DNA from: a virus | Length of the DNA stretch: 64,000 bases | IMG/VR virus record: IMGVR_UViG_3300006793_000013 | Reading direction: 5' to 3' (one strand) | Shown here: one piece after another, positions 7,075-15,655 of the stretch | Position numbering within the stretch: position 1 is the first letter of the stretch | Layout of the letters: every line of letters starts with the position of its first letter | The notes under the pieces: model-generated | Database searches by the model: none | The model's input: only the letters and a program-made list of their open reading frames with translations | Told to the model about the DNA's origin: nothing | Position numbers and translations under genes: made by a program

Positions 7075-9831
7075 TTATGCCCTTGTCATGTTTATTTCTT
7101 CTAATGCATCCAATATTCGATATTGGACTTTTAATGTCTCAGATTGCATCTGCAGACTTGCTTGTGTATTTAGTGCAGCCGCATCTGCCGCTTCTTTTTC
7201 TGACTTTCCAGGAACGTAGTCTGGATTGTCCATTTTCTTTTGGCGAAGGTTCTGTTCAGAAATAACATCCAAAGCATTAGTTTCGTCACCTGCTTTAATA
7301 AGGCCTCTTACGCCATTATCTCTAGCACTACTGTACTGTCCAACCGGTACACTTGCTCTAGTATCTTTAATTACTGTACCATCCGGTGATACCAAAAAGC
7401 TATCTTCGTTTTGGGCAAAATCTTTTAAGACATCTGTTGCATTGCTCAAACTTTGGTTAAGTTCTAATTCTGCTTCTTTTTGCTTATTAAGGAGAGCATC
7501 AGCAGCGATTTGGTCTTCTGTTTTTTGCAATTCACCTTTAAGAGCTCTGGCTAAATTTTCTTTGGCTATTGCTAGTTTCTTATCAAGTTCTTTATCACGC
7601 TCACCGCGTTCTGCTAATTTTGCTTGTTTAATTGCTAATGCTTCTTGTTCAGATTCGTAACGGTTTATAGCAAATCTATTAGCAAGTGCTATTTTGTCTG
7701 CATCATTTTTTTCTCGCATGATTTTGATGTTTTCACGCATCGCATCTTGCTCGGCTTGTTCTTCATCACTTGTACCAAATGTTAATGAATCACCCCATGA
7801 CTTTAATTGCAGACCTAGCTCATAAAATGATATTCTCATATCTGCTATTGCTAATTTGAAACTGTCAAATACATCACCTAATGTTCTAAAGCTATTAAAG
7901 AAATCAGTAAAATACTTTCCAATTGCATCAATCTTTTCTCCTAACCAACCGAATGCATCTGCAATTGGCTTTATTACAGGTTCAAACGTATCACCAAACC
8001 AATTTAAACCGTCTGTTACCCAATTCAATGCATTTTTGAAACTTCCCATAAAGAAGTCACTAACACCTTCAATTGCAGGATATAAATTTTTATCTATCAT
8101 ATTACCTACATCGTCTGCCATTCTACCAACAAATTCTATTGGTGGTGCAAAAGTACGTTCTAAAAGATCTTTAGTTGAGTTAAATGCACCCATTAATTTT
8201 ATTCCAACTACTTCTGCTAATGGTTTGAATATTCCAGTTACATATTGTATACCGTCTGCTAACGCTCTAAAAGGAGTCATTACAAACTCAACATACTGAC
8301 CAAATAAACCTAAAGCATAACCTGTAGCTTCAAGCACTGGATTAAGAACTCCACTAATAATTTCAATTATAGGCATAAAGATAGAGTTTAATATTCTTAA
8401 TGTAGGGAATAAAAAGTTTTCCGAAAATGATGCTACAGTTTCAAATGCCATCATTAAGGTATCCATAATTCCTGTTGATGCTAACATTCTAGTAAATGAT
8501 TGACTTATTTCATTAACACGTCTGCGCATTGCTTCCATTGATGCCTGTACTTTATCAGTAGCTATTCTGTTTACGTCTTGTGCTTCGGCAGCTTTTTTGA
8601 CTGCATCTTCTCCCATAGCAGCACCGTCAACTAGCTTTTTAAAATGATCAGCCATTGCAGCATCGTATTTTGCAACATCTTTAAACTGATCTTTTTTCAG
8701 AGTACTTTCATGCGCTATTAAATTGTTCAACTCGTTTCTTTGTTTTTGACTAATTACTCCGCCTGCTTCTGTAATATTGGCAAATTCAACTAGCTTTGCA
8801 AATGTATCTGGCATTGTTGCTGCATACAGCTGAGCTTCTTCAGTTGTTGCGTTTCCTGTAGCAAGAATATCTTTCGCAACACCTTGTAAAGAAGGTCTTA
8901 ACCCTAGAATTGTATTTTGTAAACTTTCTCCAGCTTCTCTGCTTAGTCCTGTAATTTTTGCTTGGAACTGACCGTCTGCTAATAGTTGTTGAGCTCTTTC
9001 TTCAACTGCACTTCTTTCTTCACCTGTTACTTTTGCAAGTAGGTCAATTTCTTTCATGTAGTTGGCTGATGCTTTTGTTAAATCTCTTGTTGACATACCT
9101 TGCAGTTTATTAGTTCTACCGAGTATACTAGTATAACGTGCCATGCTTTCATTTACTTGTAAAGATGTGAACCCCATGTTGTTAAGTTCACGCATGAATC
9201 CACTCTTACGTAAATCTTTAGATAAACTATCAAAACGTTTACGTCCTGTTTCAACATCTCCGCCTAGCAGCCTAAATGCTTCACCACTCTTTCTAACAAA
9301 ATTACCGTATTCGTTTATTGTCATACCAGCTCTACTTGCAGCATTTGACATTTCCATAACACTACCGCCGAACGTTGCTCCGCTGTTTGAAGCATTTTGA
9401 GTTGCGTTAACTAGTTTTTCTGTTGCTGCTGCTGCCGCTTGGAATGTTCCACTAAAGAAAGGAATTTTACTTGCTGCACCAGTAACGCTGTTGTCTAAAT
9501 CTGAAAAACCAGCCAAATTAGCTGAAATAGCATTACTAAAATCAACAGCAACTTTTGCAGCAAAAGCAACACCTCCGGCAAATTTGGCAACTGTGCCCAT
9601 TGCTGTACCTAATGCTTTGCCCATTTTGCTTGAGTTTGATGCAGCTTTTGAATTACCTTTTGCTAGAGCATCGGCTGATTTTGCTGCTGCGGCATTGGCT
9701 GCATTGCCTTTAGCACCGGGGCTATTACCTTTACCCCCAAGTTGCTTCAGTATTGCCTGTAGAGTAGCTTCAGAAGCCGCGTTTTCCGCTTCTACTTGCC
9801 CAACTCCGGGTATGTCGATCATTACTGCCAT
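7075..9831 (-). CDS. Tape measure-like protein
   Basis: 918 aa, Ala-rich helical with an aromatic-periodic middle segment; divergent from the gp26-like chaperone gene. Confidence 0.7.
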   Translation of the reverse strand: MAVMIDIPGVGQVEAENAASEATLQAILKQLGGKGNSPGAKGNAANAAAAKSADALAKGNSKAASNSSKMGKALGTAMGTVAKFAGGVAFAAKVAVDFSNAISANLAGFSDLDNSVTGAASKIPFFSGTFQAAAAATEKLVNATQNASNSGATFGGSVMEMSNAASRAGMTINEYGNFVRKSGEAFRLLGGDVETGRKRFDSLSKDLRKSGFMRELNNMGFTSLQVNESMARYTSILGRTNKLQGMSTRDLTKASANYMKEIDLLAKVTGEERSAVEERAQQLLADGQFQAKITGLSREAGESLQNTILGLRPSLQGVAKDILATGNATTEEAQLYAATMPDTFAKLVEFANITEAGGVISQKQRNELNNLIAHESTLKKDQFKDVAKYDAAMADHFKKLVDGAAMGEDAVKKAAEAQDVNRIATDKVQASMEAMRRRVNEISQSFTRMLASTGIMDTLMMAFETVASFSENFLFPTLRILNSIFMPIIEIISGVLNPVLEATGYALGLFGQYVEFVMTPFRALADGIQYVTGIFKPLAEVVGIKLMGAFNSTKDLLERTFAPPIEFVGRMADDVGNMIDKNLYPAIEGVSDFFMGSFKNALNWVTDGLNWFGDTFEPVIKPIADAFGWLGEKIDAIGKYFTDFFNSFRTLGDVFDSFKLAIADMRISFYELGLQLKSWGDSLTFGTSDEEQAEQDAMRENIKIMREKNDADKIALANRFAINRYESEQEALAIKQAKLAERGERDKELDKKLAIAKENLARALKGELQKTEDQIAADALLNKQKEAELELNQSLSNATDVLKDFAQNEDSFLVSPDGTVIKDTRASVPVGQYSSARDNGVRGLIKAGDETNALDVISEQNLRQKKMDNPDYVPGKSEKEAADAAALNTQASLQMQSETLKVQYRILDALEEINMTRA

Positions 9832-9859
9832 AATTTATTTTTGTCCAGTTAACTGCGCA

Positions 9860-9867
9860 TATAAATA
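9860..9867 (+). promoter_or_regulatory. Late promoter TATAAATA
   Basis: Exact T4 late consensus upstream of ATG 9915. Confidence 0.75.
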
Positions 9868-9894
9868 GTTATACTAAGTATGCAATATATAATG

Positions 9895-9900
9895 TATTTA
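9895..9900 (-). promoter_or_regulatory. Late promoter TAAATA for the tape measure-portal unit
   Basis: TAAATA on the minus strand ~60 nt upstream of ATG 9831. Confidence 0.55.
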
Positions 9901-9914
9901 CCGGAGATAAAACC

Positions 9915-10826
9915 ATGGCAGAACAAAATGTATCAAATGATGCAAAAAAAGATGAGCAAGTTGATATTGCTCCAACAGTAACAGTTACACAGGCGCCTGC
10001 AAATCCACTAAGTGGGTATTATAGACAGCCTAAAATTTATATTAGATTACCATCACAAGGAAATTACTATCCTGAAGGTTCATTAGACGTTAGTGAAAAC
10101 GGAGACTATCCTGTTTTTGCAATGACTGCAAAAGACGAACTAATGTTAAAAACACCAGATGCTTTACTATCAGGAGAAAGCACAGTATCGGTTATTAAGA
10201 GTTGTATACCTGCCATTAGACAACCTTGGAAAATGCCTACTATTGATGTTGACTCAGCATTGCTCGGTATTAGAATTGCTACTTACGGTGAAGACATGGA
10301 TGTATTTGCTAACTGTCCAAGTTGTAAAGAAGAAAACAAATACACAATACCTTTAACACCATATGTTAACCAAGGTCCGGCTGCATGGAAGGATCAAATT
10401 ACAGTAGGTGATTTAATTTTTAATCTTGTACCTTACGATTATAAACAAATGACAAAGGCTAATATTAAAACACTCGAGGAACAAAGAGTGTTTAGTATTG
10501 TTAATGACGAAGAAATGTCAGATACAGAAAAGATGGAAAAGTTTCAAGAGAGTTTTGTTAAACTAACAAACATGACTGTTGATACTATCGCTGATGTAGT
10601 TACTGCTATTGAAACTCCTCAAGGTAAAACAGACAATAAGGACCAAATAAGAGATTTCCTTAACAACTGTGATAAGGAAATTTTCCAAGGTCTTACTGAT
10701 CACTTGTCAGATATTAAGGGAAGACAGGGTATTCCAGATCAGAAGGTTAAATGTGAAAAATGTAGTCACGAATGGGATTTACCTGTAACAATGGATCAAG
10801 CAAATTTTTTCGCAGACAGATCCTGA
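9915..10826 (+). CDS. gp26: Baseplate hub assembly protein/tail chaperone (gp26-like)
   Basis: NPL..YYRQPKIYIRLPSQG..YP and MTAKDEL motifs; two CxxC pairs (CPSC, CEKC). Confidence 0.7.
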   Translation: MAEQNVSNDAKKDEQVDIAPTVTVTQAPANPLSGYYRQPKIYIRLPSQGNYYPEGSLDVSENGDYPVFAMTAKDELMLKTPDALLSGESTVSVIKSCIPAIRQPWKMPTIDVDSALLGIRIATYGEDMDVFANCPSCKEENKYTIPLTPYVNQGPAAWKDQITVGDLIFNLVPYDYKQMTKANIKTLEEQRVFSIVNDEEMSDTEKMEKFQESFVKLTNMTVDTIADVVTAIETPQGKTDNKDQIRDFLNNCDKEIFQGLTDHLSDIKGRQGIPDQKVKCEKCSHEWDLPVTMDQANFFADRS

Positions 10827-10846
10827 CCCTGCCCGTATCAGAGATC
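10802..10846 (+). other. Putative programmed -1 ribosomal frameshift signal
   Basis: In-frame slippery heptamers A-AAT-TTT and T-TTT-TTC, 7-nt spacer, then stem GATCCTGA (10819-26)/TCAGAGATC (10838-46). Confidence 0.65.
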
Positions 10847-11038
10847 GTTGAACTATCCAATAATTTAGATAAGGATGCAAGGGCACTTAAAAAAGACATT
10901 CTACAAATCTGCTGGTATATGAGAGGAATGGATTATACTGCCGCTATGCATCTATCGTTTGAAGAACGTAAAATTATTGGTGATATTATTAAGAGTAATT
11001 TAGAAACCACTAAAACAAGTGGTTTGCCTTTCTTCTAA
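10808..11038 (+). CDS. -1 frame extension of the gp26-like protein (gp51/GT-like segment)
   Basis: Open -1 frame from the slippery site; the upstream ATG 10772 has no evident RBS. Confidence 0.6.
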   Translation, partial: FRRQILTLPVSEIVELSNNLDKDARALKKDILQICWYMRGMDYTAAMHLSFEERKIIGDIIKSNLETTKTSGLPFF

Positions 11039-13485
11039 ACAGCAACTAATTGTTGCTTAATCTTATCTTTTACAGGTTGTTGTAATTTAGAAATTTCAGT
11101 TGCTAATGCTTTCAGGTCAACTGGCTTAGCTGGTGTTGCTGGTTGTTCACCACCTGCTGCTGGTTGTTCTCCATCTTTACTAACTGGCATCGGTTCACCA
11201 GTTGCATCATTCTTTCCATCGTTGTTAGCATCGACAGGTGCTTCTGGTTCTTGACCTGCTGCTGCCGGCTGTTGTGCTGTTGCCGCTGCTGTTGCTGGTG
11301 CTTTAATTTTCATAGAATCATATGTACCTTTGATTACATCATCATTAACACCTAAGCCTTTAATTATATTATATACTTCATCTGAATCTGTAGGACTTCC
11401 TGCTTTTTTCCAAGCAGTCATTAATTTTTCTGCTGTTACTGCTGTTGTAACTTGTTTAGCAGCGCCTGCAATACCTGCGCCTGCTTTTCTTGCACCTTTG
11501 CCTATAGCGGCTCCTGCAATTTTAGCACCTTTTGCTGCTTTTGCTCCTACTGCTCTAGCACCTTTAGCAACTGCACCGCCTACACCTTTCGCTGCTGCGC
11601 CTACTTTTGCTGCTGCTCCGGCAAGTGCGCCTAGTGGATTCTCTTCAAGTTCTTGTCTATTGTAATGACGTACAGCATCAAATGCACTTTCAAACATAAG
11701 TTTGTTTTCAAGCATATGTGTGTTAACATTTTCTAGTCTATTAAACAGTAGGTATACTTGTCCTTCTGATAATTTTTGACCTTTACTAATTTTACTTTCT
11801 TCTTTAGCAACTGCGCCTTCGCCAACAACAGTTTTATCTTGCATTGCTGTACCCATTGCAACCGCAGTTGCAGCAGCACCAATGCTTTTAGCAATATCTT
11901 GTTTAAGTGTATCAACGAGTGTAGCAACATCTGCTTTAGAATCTGCCGCAACACCTGAATACTGGTCCATAAAATCCATTAACTGTTTAAAGTCATCGTC
12001 TGATAAGTTTGCTTTATCAATGTTGTCCCATAAAGGGTGTGTTGGATTTGTAAACACTTCCTTAATCATCATTACAGGATTACCATCAGCATCAACACCT
12101 TCAACACTAACCGTACTTGAGAATGTAAGTGGTGGTTCAATATCTCCAACCGTTGAAGTAATTTCTGATTTAAACATGTCACCAACTTTAATTTCGTTAC
12201 CATCAGGTAATGTAGTTGATGTTAGTGTTGGAGTATCTCCTGTCCAACTTGTAGCAAGTTCTTTGTTAGCAGAAATTTCAGTTCCCATAAACTTAGCATC
12301 TTGTAGTCCTTTTTCCATTTGAAATATTTTTTGTACATCATCTGGATCAAGTCCTTTACTTTCTGCCCATGCTTTTACTTCTGGAGAAATATTTGGTTCG
12401 GTATCAAAATTAATACCTGCTTCTTTTAATCGATCAGCCGTAACTGTTTCTGCGTCTACTGTTTTAACATCAAATGAACTATCTGTACCACTGCTGCCTG
12501 CATCTTGATCACCATACTGGCCGTCATCGCCTGGTAGATCAGTTTTTTGTGAGTCAACTGATGTAGTAGTGGTTGTATCTCTTGCTAGATCCTGTCCTTC
12601 TAGTCCAGCATAATCAGCAAGTGCATCTCTACCACCTAGCTCACCGATTTTCTTTGATGTCTCAGAAAACTGTTGCATTACAAGATCTTGTTCTTCGCCG
12701 GAAAGATTCTTTGCTGCTGTTTCTAGTGCGTTTTGTGTTTTAAGTAAATCTTCAATTGCTTCTGGTGAAACGTCTTCAAGGCTAGTTGCACTCATCGCTT
12801 CTAGTCCGTTAACGTCAATCGTTTGTCCATCAGTAGCAATAATAGCCTGTGAAATGTCTGGATCGATAAGATCGCCAACTGCTTGTATCGCAGCACCAGC
12901 AGCAAAACCAACTGCACCAGTTTTAACTGATTTACCAATTGATGTTGAAAGTTCTTTACCTTGTAAAATGTCTTTTGTTGCTCTTGCTAAGAAACCTGCT
13001 ACAGCACCGCCTAGTGGTCCGCCTGCTAGTGCAGCAGCCGAAGTTAAAATAGCAACCGCTACAGTTGCTTTTCCTGGATTTTCTTTTGCCCAGTCACTAA
13101 CCGCTTTTACGCCTTGTACTACTTTAGAATCTTTGTCGCCAATTTTTTGTTTAAGTTCATTGAACTTGGCATCCATGTTTTGTACAGGACCTGCCTTTTG
13201 AATAGCACCGCCAAGATCGTCAATTTTTTTGTTGATTGCACTTGCAAACTTACCTACAGCATCAGTACCTTTACCTATTGCTGTTCTATTACCGCCTGCG
13301 GCAGTAGCACCTTGTTCAATGCTTGTGAATAGATTGTTAATTTGATCTGGTGTAAGTGTTGCTTCAGCAACCATACGCTCAAGATCTGCTACCCAAGGCT
13401 GAATAACCTTTTGCTCCAATAGGAGCATTTCAGGATCATTCCAAGATTCGGTAATATATTTTTGTTCTAGTTGTGCTAATCTCAT
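11035..13485 (-). CDS. Ala/Gly-rich putative internal head (ejection) protein, 816 aa
   Basis: Glycine-zipper hydrophobic stretch, AAK/GAK repeats, (I/L)xE motifs; ATGA-coupled to the upstream gene. Confidence 0.5.
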   Translation of the reverse strand: MRLAQLEQKYITESWNDPEMLLLEQKVIQPWVADLERMVAEATLTPDQINNLFTSIEQGATAAGGNRTAIGKGTDAVGKFASAINKKIDDLGGAIQKAGPVQNMDAKFNELKQKIGDKDSKVVQGVKAVSDWAKENPGKATVAVAILTSAAALAGGPLGGAVAGFLARATKDILQGKELSTSIGKSVKTGAVGFAAGAAIQAVGDLIDPDISQAIIATDGQTIDVNGLEAMSATSLEDVSPEAIEDLLKTQNALETAAKNLSGEEQDLVMQQFSETSKKIGELGGRDALADYAGLEGQDLARDTTTTTSVDSQKTDLPGDDGQYGDQDAGSSGTDSSFDVKTVDAETVTADRLKEAGINFDTEPNISPEVKAWAESKGLDPDDVQKIFQMEKGLQDAKFMGTEISANKELATSWTGDTPTLTSTTLPDGNEIKVGDMFKSEITSTVGDIEPPLTFSSTVSVEGVDADGNPVMMIKEVFTNPTHPLWDNIDKANLSDDDFKQLMDFMDQYSGVAADSKADVATLVDTLKQDIAKSIGAAATAVAMGTAMQDKTVVGEGAVAKEESKISKGQKLSEGQVYLLFNRLENVNTHMLENKLMFESAFDAVRHYNRQELEENPLGALAGAAAKVGAAAKGVGGAVAKGARAVGAKAAKGAKIAGAAIGKGARKAGAGIAGAAKQVTTAVTAEKLMTAWKKAGSPTDSDEVYNIIKGLGVNDDVIKGTYDSMKIKAPATAAATAQQPAAAGQEPEAPVDANNDGKNDATGEPMPVSKDGEQPAAGGEQPATPAKPVDLKALATEISKLQQPVKDKIKQQLVAV

Positions 13486-14342
13486 ATCATCATCGCCAAT
13501 TGTTTTTTGTCCGCAGGATTTAGCTCGTCAATTTGCTTCTGTATTTCCGCTGGAATTTCACCTGGGGCTGCTGTTGCTTGTGCTGCGGGTTGATCGCCTG
13601 CTGTTGACGCTGTATTCGCGTCTGTGGCACCATCTGTGCCTGTTTTAGCTTTGTTATATGCTTGTTTAAAACTTGAAGCAAAGCCACCTGCACCTGGCTT
13701 ACCTGCATCAGCCGGATCTACTTTGCCTGCACTAGGTGCTGCAATGCCACCTTCGTCTGATGCAATCTTGTCTTTGGCTGCTGCCATAAAAATTTTGTCT
13801 AGTTGTGCACCACTAAAGCCTTCTGCAATAGTTGTCATGCTTGAACGATCAATACTTGCTGCTAAATTTGTGTTACCTGCTTTTGCTTGTGCTTGATCTG
13901 TTTGTGTTGGAATCGGCGCAGGCTTATCGCCTACCTTTGCGGCCGCATTTTTTGCTCCCTGTGCAACGTTAGTTGCGGCGCCAGCCGCCGCGGAAGCTGC
14001 TTTTTTAACACCTTTTGCCGCTGCTCCTACTGCTGCACCAGCTTTTTGTGCCATAGTAGGATCTTTCATTGCTGCTTCTGCACCTTTAGTAGGGTATCCG
14101 TTTTTTCTTAGAAAGGAAATTACAAGTTCTGGAGTTGCACCTTCAGCGCCACCCACTTTACCTAGAAATAAATCGAACTTATCTGATATCTCGTTAGCCA
14201 TAGCACCAACTTCAAGTTTACCTTTAGCCCTACGTCCAGTTCTACCAGGTACAAATGTCTGTGCTTTAGCACCGAGCTTACCTAATACGCCCATAGGACG
14301 TTCATCTAATTGTTGTTCGCTAATTATCTCATTAAGTTTCAT
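13482..14342 (-). CDS. Ala-rich putative internal head protein, 286 aa
   Basis: MKLNEIISEQQLDE N-terminus, Ala/Lys/Gly repeats, own late promoter. Confidence 0.5.
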   Translation of the reverse strand: MKLNEIISEQQLDERPMGVLGKLGAKAQTFVPGRTGRRAKGKLEVGAMANEISDKFDLFLGKVGGAEGATPELVISFLRKNGYPTKGAEAAMKDPTMAQKAGAAVGAAAKGVKKAASAAAGAATNVAQGAKNAAAKVGDKPAPIPTQTDQAQAKAGNTNLAASIDRSSMTTIAEGFSGAQLDKIFMAAAKDKIASDEGGIAAPSAGKVDPADAGKPGAGGFASSFKQAYNKAKTGTDGATDANTASTAGDQPAAQATAAPGEIPAEIQKQIDELNPADKKQLAMMI

Positions 14343-14370
14343 GCCGATAGTTCCATGTAATCCATATATG

Positions 14371-14380
14371 TATTTATTTA
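14371..14380 (-). promoter_or_regulatory. Late promoter (overlapping TAAATA pair)
   Basis: Minus strand TAAATAAATA ~30 nt upstream of ATG 14342. Confidence 0.65.
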
Positions 14381-14401
14381 AAGAACAGCTAAAGCTGTTC
14401 T
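14379..14401 (-). terminator. Perfect 8-bp hairpin with short T tail; possible 3' end of the upstream transcript
   Basis: AGAACAGC-TTTA-GCTGTTCT followed by only two further T, so a weak terminator signature. Confidence 0.4.
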
Positions 14402-14983
14402 GCGTTTTCGCTATCGCTCAACGCACTTGCTTCGCTATTACTTATGTGAAAGTGATTCAGTGTTAAAATTATTTTAACTATTAACTGCGAAGCAGTTTTA
14501 GCATTATCTAGATTGTATGGTCACAATTAGCCCGTTGTCGGGGCCAAAGGTGTGTTTTGAACATTATCTGAGTTCGCACAGTCACAATAGCGTTAGATCT
14601 ACAATGCATTTAATTTTACATAGCGTAGGCGGTTATCCGTTACCTACTCAATCCGTCTTAGTATCTTATGTACAACGGCAGTTTACTATACAAACGCTAA
14701 CTTATATAATAAACCTGCGAGAATTACTCGCTCATTTAGCCTATTTAAATTACTTCTATTAATATACAGCAAACCGGTTCTACGTAGGCGTATCCGATCA
14801 GCGTCCTGTTAAGGATAGTGCTGTTATACCTCTGCCGTTAACCAGAATTCCTTACCGTCACACATCAGAACGGGCTTAGGGCCACATAATTGCGCCGTGG
14901 CGGGCTTATTTAACGGTGTTTGAGCTGTTTTGTTAGCCTTGGGATATATTGTGTATTAGTTGTGGTTCTGTATAAAATGCAAA
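14402..14983 (-). ncRNA. Candidate large structured non-coding RNA (or origin) 3' of the GIY-YIG gene
   Basis: Only large gap in a densely coded window. Nested inverted repeats 14529-36/14869-76, 14674-81/14832-39 and 14766-71/14819-24, plus internal direct repeats. Strand inferred from operon context. Confidence 0.55.
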
Positions 14984-15424
14984 TTAAGAGTCATTTAATC
15001 GTTTAATTTCTTCTTTTAATAGTTTAGAACTGCCTACTCTTACATTGATTATTCCATTGTAATATTCGTCTGATTCTAATACTCTACGATCAAATTGTTC
15101 CTTTGCCTCTATGTAACTAAGTACGCCTCTGCTTGGACAGTAGTGTAATATTTCTCTGGTAAATTTTTCTTTGCCTAACTTCTCTACATCTGCTAGTAGA
15201 TGTTCACTAGATCCCCAATAGTCTCTCCAGTCACTTTCTACTTTTGAACGTCTTTTATTTTTTTTGCCCTTGAGTGGTGGGCGTGTTTTTTTGAATTTTG
15301 CTAGTTTTTTGCCTATGTATTTTCTGTCGTTAGTAAGATTTGTAATCAGATAGACAAACCCTTCACAGTCTTCTGGAAGTTCTTTAATCTTCTTCTTTTG
15401 GTAAGTCCATTCTGACGTCATCAT
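14984..15424 (-). CDS. Minimal GIY-YIG endonuclease (146 aa)
   Basis: GFVYLITN...KYIG, YWGSS, KEQF and EYYNG motifs; basic insert; no appended C-terminal DNA-binding module. Confidence 0.8.
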   Translation of the reverse strand: MMTSEWTYQKKKIKELPEDCEGFVYLITNLTNDRKYIGKKLAKFKKTRPPLKGKKNKRRSKVESDWRDYWGSSEHLLADVEKLGKEKFTREILHYCPSRGVLSYIEAKEQFDRRVLESDEYYNGIINVRVGSSKLLKEEIKRLNDS

Positions 15425-15653
15425 TAGTAGTTACTTTCTTGGGACGTCCGACCTGGCCTTTTCTGGCTAACTTTCTCTCTGATCGTTTCTCTTGTACTTC
15501 TAGCCTTCGTTGACTTGCATGTTTTCTAATTTCACTCAGCCAAAATCTTGCCTTAATTCCTGCTTCATCACTACCATGATACTCAAAGCGATCCTGCCAC
15601 TTAAAGTATTTCTGAAATGCTTCAATCATCTGGTCATGTGAATCTGTTGCCAT
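15384..15653 (-). CDS. Small basic protein, possibly histone H1-like (Hc1 family)
   Basis: G.DEAGIKAR..LSEIRK.A..RR.EVQ resembles the Hc1 core; basic tail. Confidence 0.4.
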   Translation of the reverse strand: MATDSHDQMIEAFQKYFKWQDRFEYHGSDEAGIKARFWLSEIRKHASQRRLEVQEKRSERKLARKGQVGRPKKVTTNDDVRMDLPKEED

Positions 15654-15655
15654 AC

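Noticed and set aside
10772-10807. Independent ATG start for the 88-aa ORF
   Set aside because: No evident SD; the first residues overlap the gp26-like C-terminus and the -1 frameshift explains the frame better.
14502-14594. CRISPR or TIGR array
   Set aside because: Only two imperfect units, no box C/D motifs, no Cas or Tas gene; kept only as internal repeats.
14517-14762. 81-aa plus-strand ORF in the non-coding gap
   Set aside because: No RBS, atypical composition, opposite to the operon, and overlapping the paired elements.
14381-14983. Group I intron interpretation of the gap
   Set aside because: Flanking genes look complete with their own stop/start signals, and no P7 R/S elements were found on either strand.
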